64,000 nucleotides of DNA, from contig CAWDVR010000001.1 in NCBI GenBank assembly GCA_963805975.1, positions 768,001 to 832,000 of the forward strand, in the 5' to 3' direction. The number at the start of each line of letters is the position of its first letter. Positions within the stretch are counted from its first letter, which is position 1. The DNA comes from an uncultured Acidobacteriota bacterium (lineage in GTDB: Bacteria > Acidobacteriota > Thermoanaerobaculia > Multivoradales > SZUA-115). Below, piece after piece: positions 19,108-28,656 of the stretch. Below the pieces are notes generated by a model. That model had not been told where the DNA came from, did not search any database, and saw only the letters and a list, made by a program, of their open reading frames with translations. The position numbers and the translations under genes are program-made.

Positions 19108-20694
19108 ATGCCCCGCCCCGAAGCCGTAGACCTCGAGCTCTTCACCCACCGATTCGCCGCCGTGGCGCGCGAGATGGGGGAGATGCTGCGGCGCACGGCG
19201 CTGTCGGTGAACGTCAAGGAGCGTCTGGACTTCTCCTGCGCGGTGCTCGACGCGGCCGGCCGGCTGGTGGTGAACGCGCCGCACATCCCCGTGCATCTCG
19301 GGGCCCTGGGCCTCTGCGTGCGGAAGGTACGGGAGGCGCTGCCGCTCGGGCCCGGGGACGTGGTGGTGACCAACCACCCGGCGTACGGGGGCTCGCACCT
19401 GCCGGACGTGACGGTGGTCACGCCGGTCCATCTGCCGGGTGCCGTCCACCTGCCGGATACGGGCGCGCTGCTGGGCTACGTGGCGAGCCGCGCACACCAC
19501 GCGGAGATCGGCGGCGCGCGGCCGGGCTCGATGCCGCCCGCCGCCACCTGCCTGGCGGAGGAGGGCGTGGTGATCCCGCCGATGTACCTGCTGCGCGGCG
19601 GCGTGCCGGCGTGGGGCGAGATCGAAGCACGGCTCGCCGCACCGCCCTTCCCCTCGCGTGCGGTTGCAGAGAACCTGGCGGACTTGGCGGCGGCGGTGGC
19701 CGCGAACCACCGTGGCGCCGCGGAGCTCGGGGCCCTCGCTGCCGCGCACGGCGCCGGCACGGTCGCGCATTTCATGACCGCCCTGGCGGAGCGCGCCGCC
19801 GACCGGGCCCGAGCGGCCCTCGGCCGCCTGCCCGAGGGCGAGCACCGGGCGGAGGAGCGGCTGGACGACGGCTCGCCGATCCGTGTCCGCATCGCCGTCA
19901 GCGAAGGCCGAGCGGTGATCGACTTCACGGGCACTTCCGGCGCCCATCCCGGCAACCTCAACGCGCCTCCGGCCGTGACCCGGAGCGCCGTGCTCTACGT
20001 GCTGCGGCTGCTGGTGGGCCAATCCGTACCGTCGAGCTCGCTGCCGTTGAACGAGGGCCTGCTCGAGCCGGTGGAGCTGATCCTCCCTCCCGGCCTGCTC
20101 AACCCGGACTTCCCGGCGGATCCGGCCGCGGCTCCGGCGGTGGTGGGCGGCAACGTCGAGACCAGCCAGCGGGTGGTGGACACGCTGCTCAAGGCCCTCG
20201 GCCTCGCCGCCTGCAGCCAGGGCACGATGAACAACGTGCTCTTCGGCAACCCCGGCTTCGGCTACTACGAGACGGTGGCGGGCGGCTGCGGCGCGACCGA
20301 GGGCTTCGACGGTGCCTCGGCCGTCCACAGCCACATGACCAACACCCGAATCACCGACCCGGAGGTGCTCGAGCTGCGCTACCCGGTGCGCCTGGAGCGG
20401 TTCGCGGTGCGCCGCGGCTCGGGAGGGCGCGGGCGCTTCCGCGGTGGCGATGGCGCCGTCCGCGAGTACACCTTCCTCGAGCCGGTCTCGCTCTCGATCC
20501 TCTCCCAGCACCGCAACGAAGGCCCCTACGGCGCCGACGGCGGCGAGCCTGGGGCGCCGGGCCGTCAGCGCGTGGTGCGCACGGACGGCGAGGTGGTGGA
20601 GCTCGCCGCGATCACGGCGTACGACGCCGAGGTCGGTGATCGGCTGCTCCTCGAAACACCGGGCGGAGGGGGATGGGGCAGCGAAAGGGGATAA
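19108..20694 (+). CDS. Hydantoinase B / 5-oxoprolinase C-terminal half
   Basis: [78 protein letters not shown]. Confidence 0.93.
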   Translation: MPRPEAVDLELFTHRFAAVAREMGEMLRRTALSVNVKERLDFSCAVLDAAGRLVVNAPHIPVHLGALGLCVRKVREALPLGPGDVVVTNHPAYGGSHLPDVTVVTPVHLPGAVHLPDTGALLGYVASRAHHAEIGGARPGSMPPAATCLAEEGVVIPPMYLLRGGVPAWGEIEARLAAPPFPSRAVAENLADLAAAVAANHRGAAELGALAAAHGAGTVAHFMTALAERAADRARAALGRLPEGEHRAEERLDDGSPIRVRIAVSEGRAVIDFTGTSGAHPGNLNAPPAVTRSAVLYVLRLLVGQSVPSSSLPLNEGLLEPVELILPPGLLNPDFPADPAAAPAVVGGNVETSQRVVDTLLKALGLAACSQGTMNNVLFGNPGFGYYETVAGGCGATEGFDGASAVHSHMTNTRITDPEVLELRYPVRLERFAVRRGSGGRGRFRGGDGAVREYTFLEPVSLSILSQHRNEGPYGADGGEPGAPGRQRVVRTDGEVVELAAITAYDAEVGDRLLLETPGGGGWGSERG

Positions 20695-20739
20695 ACTTTC
20701 GCCACGGTTCTCGTATCCATCCTGGGCAAGGAGGCCACC

Positions 20740-21339
20740 ATCCTCACCATCGCGTACCTCGCGTTGACGGTCTTCGGCTGCGGCTACGTGCTGGTCTCGT
20801 TGCTGCTGGGCCACGGAGATTTCGGTCACGAGGGTGACCATGCCGGGGGCCTGCACGAGGTGCACGTGGACTACGGCGTGAACCACACCGGCCACGGCAC
20901 GGCCGAAGCCGGGCACGGCTTCTCGGACTTCCATTTTCCGTTCTTCTCGCCGCTGGCGCTGGCCACCCTCCTGGGCTCGGTCGGTGCCTTCGGCCTCATC
21001 ACCCGCCACGGGCTCGGGGTGTCGGAAGGCTGGAGCCTCGCCCTCGCCCTGCCCGCGGCGCTCGCCACCACCTACGTCATCACCTACGCCGGCTGGCGGC
21101 TGGCCTCGGGCTCGCGGGGCACCAGCCAGATCTCGCCACGGGATCTCGAAGGAGCGGCCGGCGAGGTCATCACGCCGATCCCGGCGGGTGGGGTGGGAGA
21201 GGTGGCGGCGATGGTCGGCGGCCAGCGCTTTGCCAGCGCGGCGCGCGAGGAGCACGGGCGCGAGGTGCCGCGCGGCGCTCGGGTGACGGTCAAGTCGATG
21301 GTTGGGACCACGCTTCTGGTGAGCAAAGGGGAGAGTTGA
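20740..21339 (+). CDS. NfeD-like membrane protein (flotillin partner)
   Basis: His/Gly-rich loop, FFSPLALA, C-terminal OB-fold GEVITPIPAGGVGEV. Start placed at an in-frame ATC 5 nt after AAGGAGG (alternative: TTG 20764). Confidence 0.85.
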   Translation: MLTIAYLALTVFGCGYVLVSLLLGHGDFGHEGDHAGGLHEVHVDYGVNHTGHGTAEAGHGFSDFHFPFFSPLALATLLGSVGAFGLITRHGLGVSEGWSLALALPAALATTYVITYAGWRLASGSRGTSQISPRDLEGAAGEVITPIPAGGVGEVAAMVGGQRFASAAREEHGREVPRGARVTVKSMVGTTLLVSKGES

Positions 21340-21340
21340 G

Positions 21341-22870
21341 ATGCAATTCAGCACCGCCACGCTGTTGCTCTGGGGCGCGGGAGCGCTCGGAGTCCTGATC
21401 CTCGGCTATGTGCTCGCCTACCTCGCCTTTCTCAAGAAGGTGGGGCCGAACGAGGTGCTGGTGGTCTCCGGCCGCGGCAAGGTCAAGTTCATCACCGGCG
21501 GCGCCGACATGGTGATCCCGCTCTTCCACACCTGGAACACTCTCTCGCTCCAGGTGATGACCCTCGACGTCACCACCCCCGAGGTCTACACCTCGCAGGG
21601 CGTGCCGATCCTGGTGGACGGCGTGGCGCAGATCAAGGTGAGGAAGGACGAGGCTTCCCTGCACTCCGCGGCCGAGCGCTTCCTGGGCAAGAAGCCCGAG
21701 GAGATCGCCCGCATCGCGCTCGAGACGGTGCAGGGTCACCTGCGCGCCATCCTCGGCACGCTGTCGGTCGAGGACATCTACAAGAACCGCGACCAGTTCG
21801 CCCAGAAGGTGCAGGAGATCTCGGCCGGCGACCTGGCCAACATGGGCCTGGGGATCGACTCCTTCACTATCCGCGACATCCGCGACAAGCACGGCTACCT
21901 CGAGGCCCTGGGCAAGCCGCGCATCGCCGAGGTCAAGCGCAACGCGGCGATCGCCGAGGCGCAGGCCAACCGCGATGCGTCGATCGCCCAGGCCGACGCC
22001 GAGCGCGAGACCCGCCAGCGCCAGGCCGAGGCCCAGAAACTGTCGCAGGAGGCCGAGGCCATGCGCGACGCGGCGGTGGCCGAGGCCAACGCCGACCGGG
22101 CGCGGCGCCAGGCCGAGGCCGACGCCTCCGCCTACCGCGCCGCCGAGGTGGCGAACCAGCAGGCGTCCGAGGCCATCGCCGACCAGCAGCGGACCGCCAA
22201 CCTGAAGAAGGCCAACGCGGACATGGCCTACGAGCTGCAGAAGAAGACGATCGAGATCCAGGTCCAGGAGCAGGAGATCCAACGCCGCGAGAAGGAGCTC
22301 GACGCCACCATCCGGCGCCAGGCGGACGCCAAGCGCTACGAGATCGAGACCCTGGCCGAGGCCGACCGCAAGCGCATCGAGACCCAGGCGCAGGCCGAGA
22401 AGAACCGGCTGGTGACAGTGGCCGACGGCGAGAAGGCGCGCGGCTTCGCGGCGGCCGAGGTGCAGGCGCGGCAGGGCCAGGCCGAGGCCGCGGCCCGGCA
22501 GGCTGTGGGCCTGGCCGAGGCCGAGGCGAAAAAGGCCCAGGGCTTGGCCGAGGCTCTGGCGATGGAGAAGAAGGCCGAGGCCTGGCAGAAGTACAACGAG
22601 GCGGCGGTGATGCAGATCCTGGCGCCGCTGCTCCCCGAGATCGCCCGCGCCGTGGCCGAGCCGCTGACCAAGGTGGACCGCATCACGCTGGTCAACACCG
22701 GCGGCGGCGAGGTCGGCGTCTCGCGCATCACCGGCGAGGTGGCCAAGATCATCGCCCAGGTGCCGCCGGTGCTCGAGTCGCTGACCGGCATCAAGCTCGA
22801 GGACTTGGTGAAGGGGCTCAAACCGGGTGGCGGGGGCGCGAGCCCGAAGCCCGAGACGACCGAGCCCTGA
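21341..22870 (+). CDS. Flotillin family (SPFH) protein
   Basis: KVGPNEVLVVSG, VDGVAQIKV, GHLRAILG, GYLEALGKPRIAEVKR, Ala/Glu-rich coiled coil. Confidence 0.95.
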   Translation: MQFSTATLLLWGAGALGVLILGYVLAYLAFLKKVGPNEVLVVSGRGKVKFITGGADMVIPLFHTWNTLSLQVMTLDVTTPEVYTSQGVPILVDGVAQIKVRKDEASLHSAAERFLGKKPEEIARIALETVQGHLRAILGTLSVEDIYKNRDQFAQKVQEISAGDLANMGLGIDSFTIRDIRDKHGYLEALGKPRIAEVKRNAAIAEAQANRDASIAQADAERETRQRQAEAQKLSQEAEAMRDAAVAEANADRARRQAEADASAYRAAEVANQQASEAIADQQRTANLKKANADMAYELQKKTIEIQVQEQEIQRREKELDATIRRQADAKRYEIETLAEADRKRIETQAQAEKNRLVTVADGEKARGFAAAEVQARQGQAEAAARQAVGLAEAEAKKAQGLAEALAMEKKAEAWQKYNEAAVMQILAPLLPEIARAVAEPLTKVDRITLVNTGGGEVGVSRITGEVAKIIAQVPPVLESLTGIKLEDLVKGLKPGGGGASPKPETTEP

Positions 22871-22884
22871 TCCGCGCGAAAGCT

Positions 22885-22965
22885 GCCCTCACCCCGCCCC
22901 CTCGCCCAGCAGACCCTGCCGTTCTCCGGTCCCCTCTCCCGCTCGCGGGAGAGGGCAGGGGAGGG
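22885..22965. repeat. Second, partly degenerate REP-like element pair
   Basis: GCCCTCACCCCGCCCCCTCGCCC followed by CTCCGGTCCCCTCTCCCGC-tc-GCGGGAGAGGG; shares the CTCCGGTCCCCTCTCCC flank with the 13.7-kb element. Confidence 0.7.
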
Positions 22966-23071
22966 TACCCCAAGCTCGCCGTGCACTCGCGCCCTCCTTC
23001 CGATAGAATGATGCAAATTTACTGCTAGTTCTTCGGCAAGCGTTCGCTCGCTGAAATGAAGGGAGGTTCCC

Positions 23072-23755
23072 ATGGCATCCCGTCGGTTGCTGGTGATCGG
23101 TGCTTGGTCCCTCAGTGCAGTGATGGTTCTGGGTCTCGTGGCGCTCCCGGTCAGCGCCCAGGAGACGACGGTGAAGAACGACTCGGTGAGCGACTTCGAG
23201 CAGGTCGCCATCCAGGCCGGCTTTGCCGCCAACGAGCGCGCCGCCGTCTGGCTGACCTCGCCCTGCGACGGCAAGCTGGTGGCCGTGCAGATCCTCTGGC
23301 GCTCCCTTTTCGGCGGCACCGGCGACACCCTCGGCGAGTCGATCCTCATCCAGGAGGCGGGCACGTTCCCGACTCCCGGTACGACGCTCTCCACCCTTTC
23401 CGGGCCGCTCCTCACGGACGGATTCCTGAACGAGTACCGCTTCCTGGACCAGGGCGGCACCGTGCCGCTCTCCGTGCCGCTGGCCCTGGACCAGGTCTTC
23501 GTGGTCTCGTTCCGCTTCCTCACAGCGACGCCCGGCCTCGGCCCCAGCCTGGTCACCGACGTCGACGGCTGCCAGGCGGGCAAGAACGCCATCTTCGCCA
23601 TCCCGCCTTCGACCTGGTTCTCGGCCTGCTCACTCGGCGTGTCCGGGGACTTCGTGATGCGGGCCGTGGTGGACTGCAGCGTGGTGGAGGAGGAGATCTT
23701 CTCCGACGACTTCGAGACCGGCGACACGTCGCTCTGGACGGTCACCGTTCCTTAG
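23072..23755 (+). CDS. Secreted hypothetical protein with IFSDDFETGDTSLW tail
   Basis: GGAGG RBS; signal peptide ending VSA-Q; four Cys; conserved C-terminal tail. Confidence 0.8.
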   Translation: MASRRLLVIGAWSLSAVMVLGLVALPVSAQETTVKNDSVSDFEQVAIQAGFAANERAAVWLTSPCDGKLVAVQILWRSLFGGTGDTLGESILIQEAGTFPTPGTTLSTLSGPLLTDGFLNEYRFLDQGGTVPLSVPLALDQVFVVSFRFLTATPGLGPSLVTDVDGCQAGKNAIFAIPPSTWFSACSLGVSGDFVMRAVVDCSVVEEEIFSDDFETGDTSLWTVTVP

Positions 23756-23866
23756 CGACCTCCGCCTCGGTTCCAGCGGGCTCCTTGTAAGGTTTCCTCC
23801 GCTTCCGGGACTACCAGGACAGGCGGGCGGTGAATCACCGCCGCCCGCGGCCCTGGGAGGCCTGGG

Positions 23867-25345
23867 ATGGCTCGTTCTCCCGCGTTCCGACGCGTTCTGC
23901 TCTTCGCCGGCCTCGCGCTAGCCTCTTCGATCTGGGCGGCAGCCAGTGCGGCGGAGCCCGCTCGCTCGCTCCAGCTCTCTCCCTGCCACCTCGACGGCCT
24001 CGACCAGGAGGTGCGCTGCGGCGTGCTCGAGGTGGCGGAGGATCGCGCGGCGGCCGGCGCGGGGCGTCGGCTTTCCATCCACGTCGCCGTGATGCCGGCG
24101 CGGCGGCGCGACGCCGAGGCCGATCCGCTCTTTTTGCTGGCCGGCGGGCCGGGGCAGGGAGCGCAGACCTTCGCGCCCCTCCTCGAGCCCTTCTTTCGCG
24201 AGGTGCTGCGCCGGCGGGACATCGTGCTCGTGGACCAGCGCGGCACCGGGGACTCGAGCCCGCTCGCCTGCGCGTCTCCGGCCGACGAGCTGGCGGGCCT
24301 GGCGGGCGGCGCGATCCTCGAGACCGATGTCGCCGCCTGCCGCGCCAAGCTCGATGCGGACGTGCGGTTCTACGCCTCCGAGCCCGCCATGCGCGACCTC
24401 GACCAGGTCCGCGCGGCCCTGGGCTACGAGCGCATCAATCTCTGGGGCGGCTCCTACGGCACCCGCGCCGCCCTGGTCTATGCGCGCCTCTTTCCCAGCC
24501 GGGTGCGCACCGTCGTGCTCGATGGCGCCGCGCCCTTCGAGCTGCGCTTCCCGCTCTCCATGGCGGCAGACAGCCAGCGCGCGCTCGACCGCCTGCTCGC
24601 GGCCTGCGCGGCCGAGGCCGCGTGCCGCGCCGCCTACCCGCGGCTCAGCCCGGACCTCGACGAGCTGCTGGCCCACCTGGCCAAGAGACCGGCACGGGTC
24701 TCGGTCCGCCATCCGCGAACCGGGATCGCGCAGACCGTCGAGATCGGCCGCGACGCCTTCGCCGCCGGCCTGCGCGGCGGCCTCTATTCGCCCGGCCAGC
24801 AGAGCCTTCTCCCGCTGGTCATCGAACGGGCGACGCAGGGGGACTTCGAGCCCTGGGCCACGATGCAGCTCGCGACGGCGGCCTGGTCGCGGGACACCAT
24901 GGCGCTCGGCGTCACGCTCTCCGTGCTCTGCACCGAGGATCTCTCCCGCGTCCGCGAGGCGGAGATCGAGAGCGCCAGCGCGCGCTCGTTCCTCGGCACG
25001 CTGGAGATGGAGGGCTGGCGCCAGTGGTGCGGGGCTTGGCCGGCGGGAGAGCTCGATCCCCGGCTCCTCGAGGCGCCGCCCGTGGCCGTGCCGGCGCTGG
25101 TCCTCTCGGGCGACCTCGACCCGGTGACGCCGCCGCGCTGGGGCGAGGTGATGGCCCGGCACTTCACTCCGCACCGGCACCTGGTGGTGCCCGGAGCGGG
25201 CCACAACGTTTCCTTTTCCGGCTGCCTGCCGGAGCTGATCGCGGAGTTCATCGCGCGCGGCAGCGCGGACGGCCTGGATGCCGCCTGCGTCGAAGCCGTC
25301 CGCCGCCCGCCGTTCGTGCTCGACAGCGCCGGCACCGCGCCCTGA
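23867..25345 (+). CDS. Secreted TAP-like alpha/beta hydrolase (peptidase S33 type)
   Basis: LAGGPGQG, DQRGTG, GGSYGT, SGDLDPVTPP, GAGHNV. Confidence 0.88.
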   Translation: MARSPAFRRVLLFAGLALASSIWAAASAAEPARSLQLSPCHLDGLDQEVRCGVLEVAEDRAAAGAGRRLSIHVAVMPARRRDAEADPLFLLAGGPGQGAQTFAPLLEPFFREVLRRRDIVLVDQRGTGDSSPLACASPADELAGLAGGAILETDVAACRAKLDADVRFYASEPAMRDLDQVRAALGYERINLWGGSYGTRAALVYARLFPSRVRTVVLDGAAPFELRFPLSMAADSQRALDRLLAACAAEAACRAAYPRLSPDLDELLAHLAKRPARVSVRHPRTGIAQTVEIGRDAFAAGLRGGLYSPGQQSLLPLVIERATQGDFEPWATMQLATAAWSRDTMALGVTLSVLCTEDLSRVREAEIESASARSFLGTLEMEGWRQWCGAWPAGELDPRLLEAPPVAVPALVLSGDLDPVTPPRWGEVMARHFTPHRHLVVPGAGHNVSFSGCLPELIAEFIARGSADGLDAACVEAVRRPPFVLDSAGTAP

Positions 25346-25359
25346 AGGGAGAGCAACCG

Positions 25360-26091
25360 ATGATCGAAGCACGGCAGCTCCACAAGCGCTTTGGTTCTTT
25401 GACCGCCGTCGAGGAGGTCAGCTTCCAGGCGGATGACGGCCGCATCACCGGCCTCCTGGGCCCCAACGGCGCGGGCAAGACGACCTCGATCCGCATGCTC
25501 ACCGGGCTGCTGCGGCCGGACCGCGGCAGCGCCACCGTCGGCGGCGTGGACGTGGCCCGCGAGCCGGAGGCCGCGCGGCGCAAGCTCGGCGTCCTGCCCG
25601 ACGCGCCGGGCCTCTACGCGCGGCTCACGGCCCGCGAGCACCTCGTCTACGCCGGCCGCCTGCAAGGCCTCGCCGGCCGTGACCTCGAGCGCTCGGTGGA
25701 CGGCCTCATCGAGCGGCTCGGCATGCAGGGCATCGCCGGCCGCCGCGCCGCCGGCTTCTCCCAAGGCGAGCGGCGCAAGGTGGCGCTCGCCCGCACCCTG
25801 GTCCACGACCCGCAGCACGTGCTGCTCGACGAGCCCACCAACGGGCTCGACGTGGTGGCCGCCCGTGCCGTGCGGCAGGAGATTCGCGGCCTGGCCGAGG
25901 CCGGCCGCTGCGTGGTGTTCTCGAGCCACGTGATGTCCGAGGTCGCCGCGCTCTGCGACCGCATCGTGATCGTGGCGCGGGGGCGCGTCGTGGCCGCCGG
26001 CACGGTCTCCGAGCTCAAGGCCAGGGCCGGGCGCGAGGATCTCGAAGACGCTTTCATCCAACTGATCGGCGACGGGGAGGGACTCCAGTGA
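25360..26091 (+). CDS. ABC transporter ATP-binding protein, NatA-like
   Basis: GPNGAGKTT, FSQGERRK, LLDEPTNGLD, FSSH. Confidence 0.93.
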   Translation: MIEARQLHKRFGSLTAVEEVSFQADDGRITGLLGPNGAGKTTSIRMLTGLLRPDRGSATVGGVDVAREPEAARRKLGVLPDAPGLYARLTAREHLVYAGRLQGLAGRDLERSVDGLIERLGMQGIAGRRAAGFSQGERRKVALARTLVHDPQHVLLDEPTNGLDVVAARAVRQEIRGLAEAGRCVVFSSHVMSEVAALCDRIVIVARGRVVAAGTVSELKARAGREDLEDAFIQLIGDGEGLQ

Positions 26092-27257
26092 TGCGCGCAC
26101 CCATGTTCGTCGTCTTCGCCAAGGAGCTCAAGGACGGCCTGCGCGACCGGCGCTCGCTCACCTCGGCGTTCCTGTACTCGTTCTTCGGCCCGCTGGTGCT
26201 GAGCTTCGCTCTGCTGGCGGTGGGCCGCCAGGCAGACGAGCGAGGCCCGCTGCCGCTGCCGGTGGCCGGCGCGGAGCACGCTCCCGGCCTGGTGCTCTTT
26301 CTCGAGCAGCACGGCGCCGTGGTCGAGCCCGCGCCGGCGGATGCCCCTGCCGCGGTGCGCTCCGGCCAGGCAGCCGCGGTGCTGCGCCTGCCCTCGGGCT
26401 ACGGTGAGGACTTCCGCAGCGCCAGGAGCGCAGAGGTCGAGCTGCTCTTCGACTCGGGGGCGCGCCAGAGCCGCGCACGGGCCGAGCGGGTGGCCGGGCT
26501 GGTGGAGCGCTACGGTGCGGAGACGGCCCGCCAGCGCCTGCTGGCCCGCGGCGTCTCGCCCGAGGTGATCCGGCCGCTGACCCTCCGCGAGCGCGACTAC
26601 GCTGCGCCGGGGGCGAGGGCCGCCGCGACCCTCGACATGCTGCCCATGTTCCTGCTCGCCGCGGTGTTCATCACCTGCATGAGCGCGGCGATCGACGCCA
26701 CGGCCGGCGAGCGCGAGCGGGGCTCGCTCGAATCGCTGCTCGTCCATCCCGTGCCGCGCTCCGCCTTCGCGTGGGGCAAATGGCTGGCCGCCGCCGTGCT
26801 GGCCGCCCTGGGGCTCGCGCTCACGCTCGCGGTATCGCGCGCCATGCTCGGCGCGGAGAAGATGCAGGCGCTCGACGTGGTACCCGGCCTCGACCGCGCC
26901 ACGGTCACCGCGCTGCTGGCGGTGCTGCTGCCGGTCGCTCTCCTGGCGCCGGCCCTCCAGATGCTCATCGCGCTCTTCAGCCGCAGCTTCAAGGAGGCGC
27001 AGACCTATCTCTCCCTCTTCCTCTTCGTGCCCATGCTGCCCGGTTTCTTCTTCAGCTTCGGCAGCAGCGAGCCGGCGCGCTGGATGGAGTGGGCGCCGGT
27101 GGTCGGCCAGCAGTTGCTGGCTTCGAAGGTGCTGCGCGGCGAGCCGCTGGGTCTCGAGGCGGTGGGCCTGGCCGCGGCCACGGTGGCGGTGGCGGTGGTC
27201 TCGGCGACCGCCACCGGTTGGTTGCTGGGCCGCGAGCGCGTGGTGCTCGGACGGTAG
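26088..27257 (+). CDS. ABC transporter permease, NatB-like
   Basis: KELKDGLRDRRS, AIDATAGERERGSLESLL, RSFKEAQ. Confidence 0.9.
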   Translation: MMRAPMFVVFAKELKDGLRDRRSLTSAFLYSFFGPLVLSFALLAVGRQADERGPLPLPVAGAEHAPGLVLFLEQHGAVVEPAPADAPAAVRSGQAAAVLRLPSGYGEDFRSARSAEVELLFDSGARQSRARAERVAGLVERYGAETARQRLLARGVSPEVIRPLTLRERDYAAPGARAAATLDMLPMFLLAAVFITCMSAAIDATAGERERGSLESLLVHPVPRSAFAWGKWLAAAVLAALGLALTLAVSRAMLGAEKMQALDVVPGLDRATVTALLAVLLPVALLAPALQMLIALFSRSFKEAQTYLSLFLFVPMLPGFFFSFGSSEPARWMEWAPVVGQQLLASKVLRGEPLGLEAVGLAAATVAVAVVSATATGWLLGRERVVLGR

Positions 27258-27258
27258 G

Positions 27259-27825
27259 ATGGACGAGATCGTGGTCCTGGCCGGCTGGTTCCGCGCGGCT
27301 CGGCATGAGGAGGAAGAGTTGCAGCGCGCTGCCGACGTGGAAGCCCGCCTGGCGGCGATCCTGGCCCGTGAGGGTCCCGCCCTCCGGCGCGTGGCTGCCT
27401 CCTATGCCAGGGATGCGGCGCGGCGGGAGGATCTGTTCCAGGACATCTGCCTCGCCCTCTGGACCGCGCTGCCGCATTTCCGGGGCGAGTCTTCGGAGCG
27501 CACTTTCGTGTTCCGCATCGCGCACAACCGCGGCATCGCCGCCGCGGCCCGGCGCCGCGAGGTCACCGAGGATCTCACCGCGGCGGAAGAGGTGGCGGAC
27601 GCCGGGCCCAACCCGGAGGCCGCCGCCGACCACCGCCAGCGCCGGGCGCAGTTGCAGGAGGCGGTGGCGGGCCTGCCGCTCGCCCTGCGCCAGGTCCTCA
27701 CGCTGGCGCTCGAAGGCCTGTCGCACCGTGAGATCGGTGAGGTGATCGGTATCTCGGAAGGCAACGTCGCGGTGCGCCTGACGCGCGCCCGGAAGCAGCT
27801 CCAGGCAAGGCTCGGGAGGTCGTGA
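27259..27825 (+). CDS. ECF sigma-70 factor
   Basis: EDLFQDICLALW, TFVFRIAHN, LEGLSHREIGEVIGISEGNVAVRLTRAR; start uncertain. Confidence 0.9.
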   Translation: MDEIVVLAGWFRAARHEEEELQRAADVEARLAAILAREGPALRRVAASYARDAARREDLFQDICLALWTALPHFRGESSERTFVFRIAHNRGIAAAARRREVTEDLTAAEEVADAGPNPEAAADHRQRRAQLQEAVAGLPLALRQVLTLALEGLSHREIGEVIGISEGNVAVRLTRARKQLQARLGRS

Positions 27826-28439
27826 GCATGGCGATGAACGATCGTGAGCTCGAGAGCTGGCAGGCCGACTGGCGAGACGAGCCGCCGGGCGAGAGCCCGG
27901 CCCGAGCGATCGACATCGCGGCGATCTCGCGGCGGGTGCGGCGGCAAACCGTGGGCTTGGCAGTCCAACTGGCGGTGTCCGTCGCGCTCACCGTGGGCGG
28001 CCTCGCCGTGCTCGGCTGGGTGGCGGCGCGGGCCGCCAACGCCTGGGACTGGCTCCTCCTCGCCGGCTTCGCGGCGCTCTTCGGCCTCGCCCTCGCCTTC
28101 GAGGCCGGCAGCCTCCGCGGCCTCTGGCGGCCGGCAGCCGAGAGCACCTCCGACTTCCTGGACCTCTCGATCCGCCGTTGCCGGCGCCGCCTCAGAACCC
28201 TCCGTGCCGGCGCCTGGCTCCTCGCCGGCGAGTGGCTGCTCTTCCTGCCCTGGATTCACCTGCGATCGGTGGAGAAGGCCGGCCAGCCCGGCGGCGGCGC
28301 CGGCACCTACCTCCTGGGCCTCGGTCTTCTCGTGGCCTTGAGCCTGGCCTGCGCCGCGGCCAGCACCTGGCTGGGCCGCCGCACCCGCCGCGAGCTGGCG
28401 GCATTGGAGGCGATGCAGCGGGGGTTGGAGGGTGAGTGA
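27822..28439 (+). CDS. Probable membrane anti-sigma factor (about 4 TM)
   Basis: Overlaps the sigma stop; ELESWQADW N-terminus followed by hydrophobic helices. Confidence 0.7.
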   Translation: MSMAMNDRELESWQADWRDEPPGESPARAIDIAAISRRVRRQTVGLAVQLAVSVALTVGGLAVLGWVAARAANAWDWLLLAGFAALFGLALAFEAGSLRGLWRPAAESTSDFLDLSIRRCRRRLRTLRAGAWLLAGEWLLFLPWIHLRSVEKAGQPGGGAGTYLLGLGLLVALSLACAAASTWLGRRTRRELAALEAMQRGLEGE

Positions 28440-28468
28440 GAAGCCTGCGCAGCCACAGGTGCCTTATT

Positions 28469-28655
28469 TCATCCCGCGTCGCCCAGCGCTTTACTCAACA
28501 GCTCACCCAGCCCGGCTTTTTTCCGCGTCGTGCCGCATCTCTTCGATGTCCAGCTCGCCACGCCGCACCTTGAGAACACCAAGGTAAGGGACTTCAAGCT
28601 CGTCGAGAACCCGCACGACCTCCAGAGTGGCTCGGAGCGCGTCGGCGAGGGGCAC
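28469..28655 (-). pseudogene. Internally deleted, frameshifted nucleotidyltransferase-like gene
   Basis: MPLADALRATLEVVRVLDELEVPYL joins directly to GVLKVRRGELDIEEMRHDAEK; an extra A in an A6 run precedes AGLGELLSKALGDAG*. Confidence 0.6.
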
Positions 28656-28656
28656 C

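Noticed and set aside
20810-20935. His-rich stretch as a separate metal-binding peptide
   Set aside because: It is the usual His/Gly/Asp loop of NfeD-like flotillin partners.
13527-21360. Long antisense ORFs (13527..16163, 18853..21360) and similar ones at 45182..47890, 31900..34116 and 48977..51040
   Set aside because: They mirror well-supported genes on the opposite strand, show no motifs, and are expected from GC3 bias. Only 31900..32538 of the 738-aa ORF is real.
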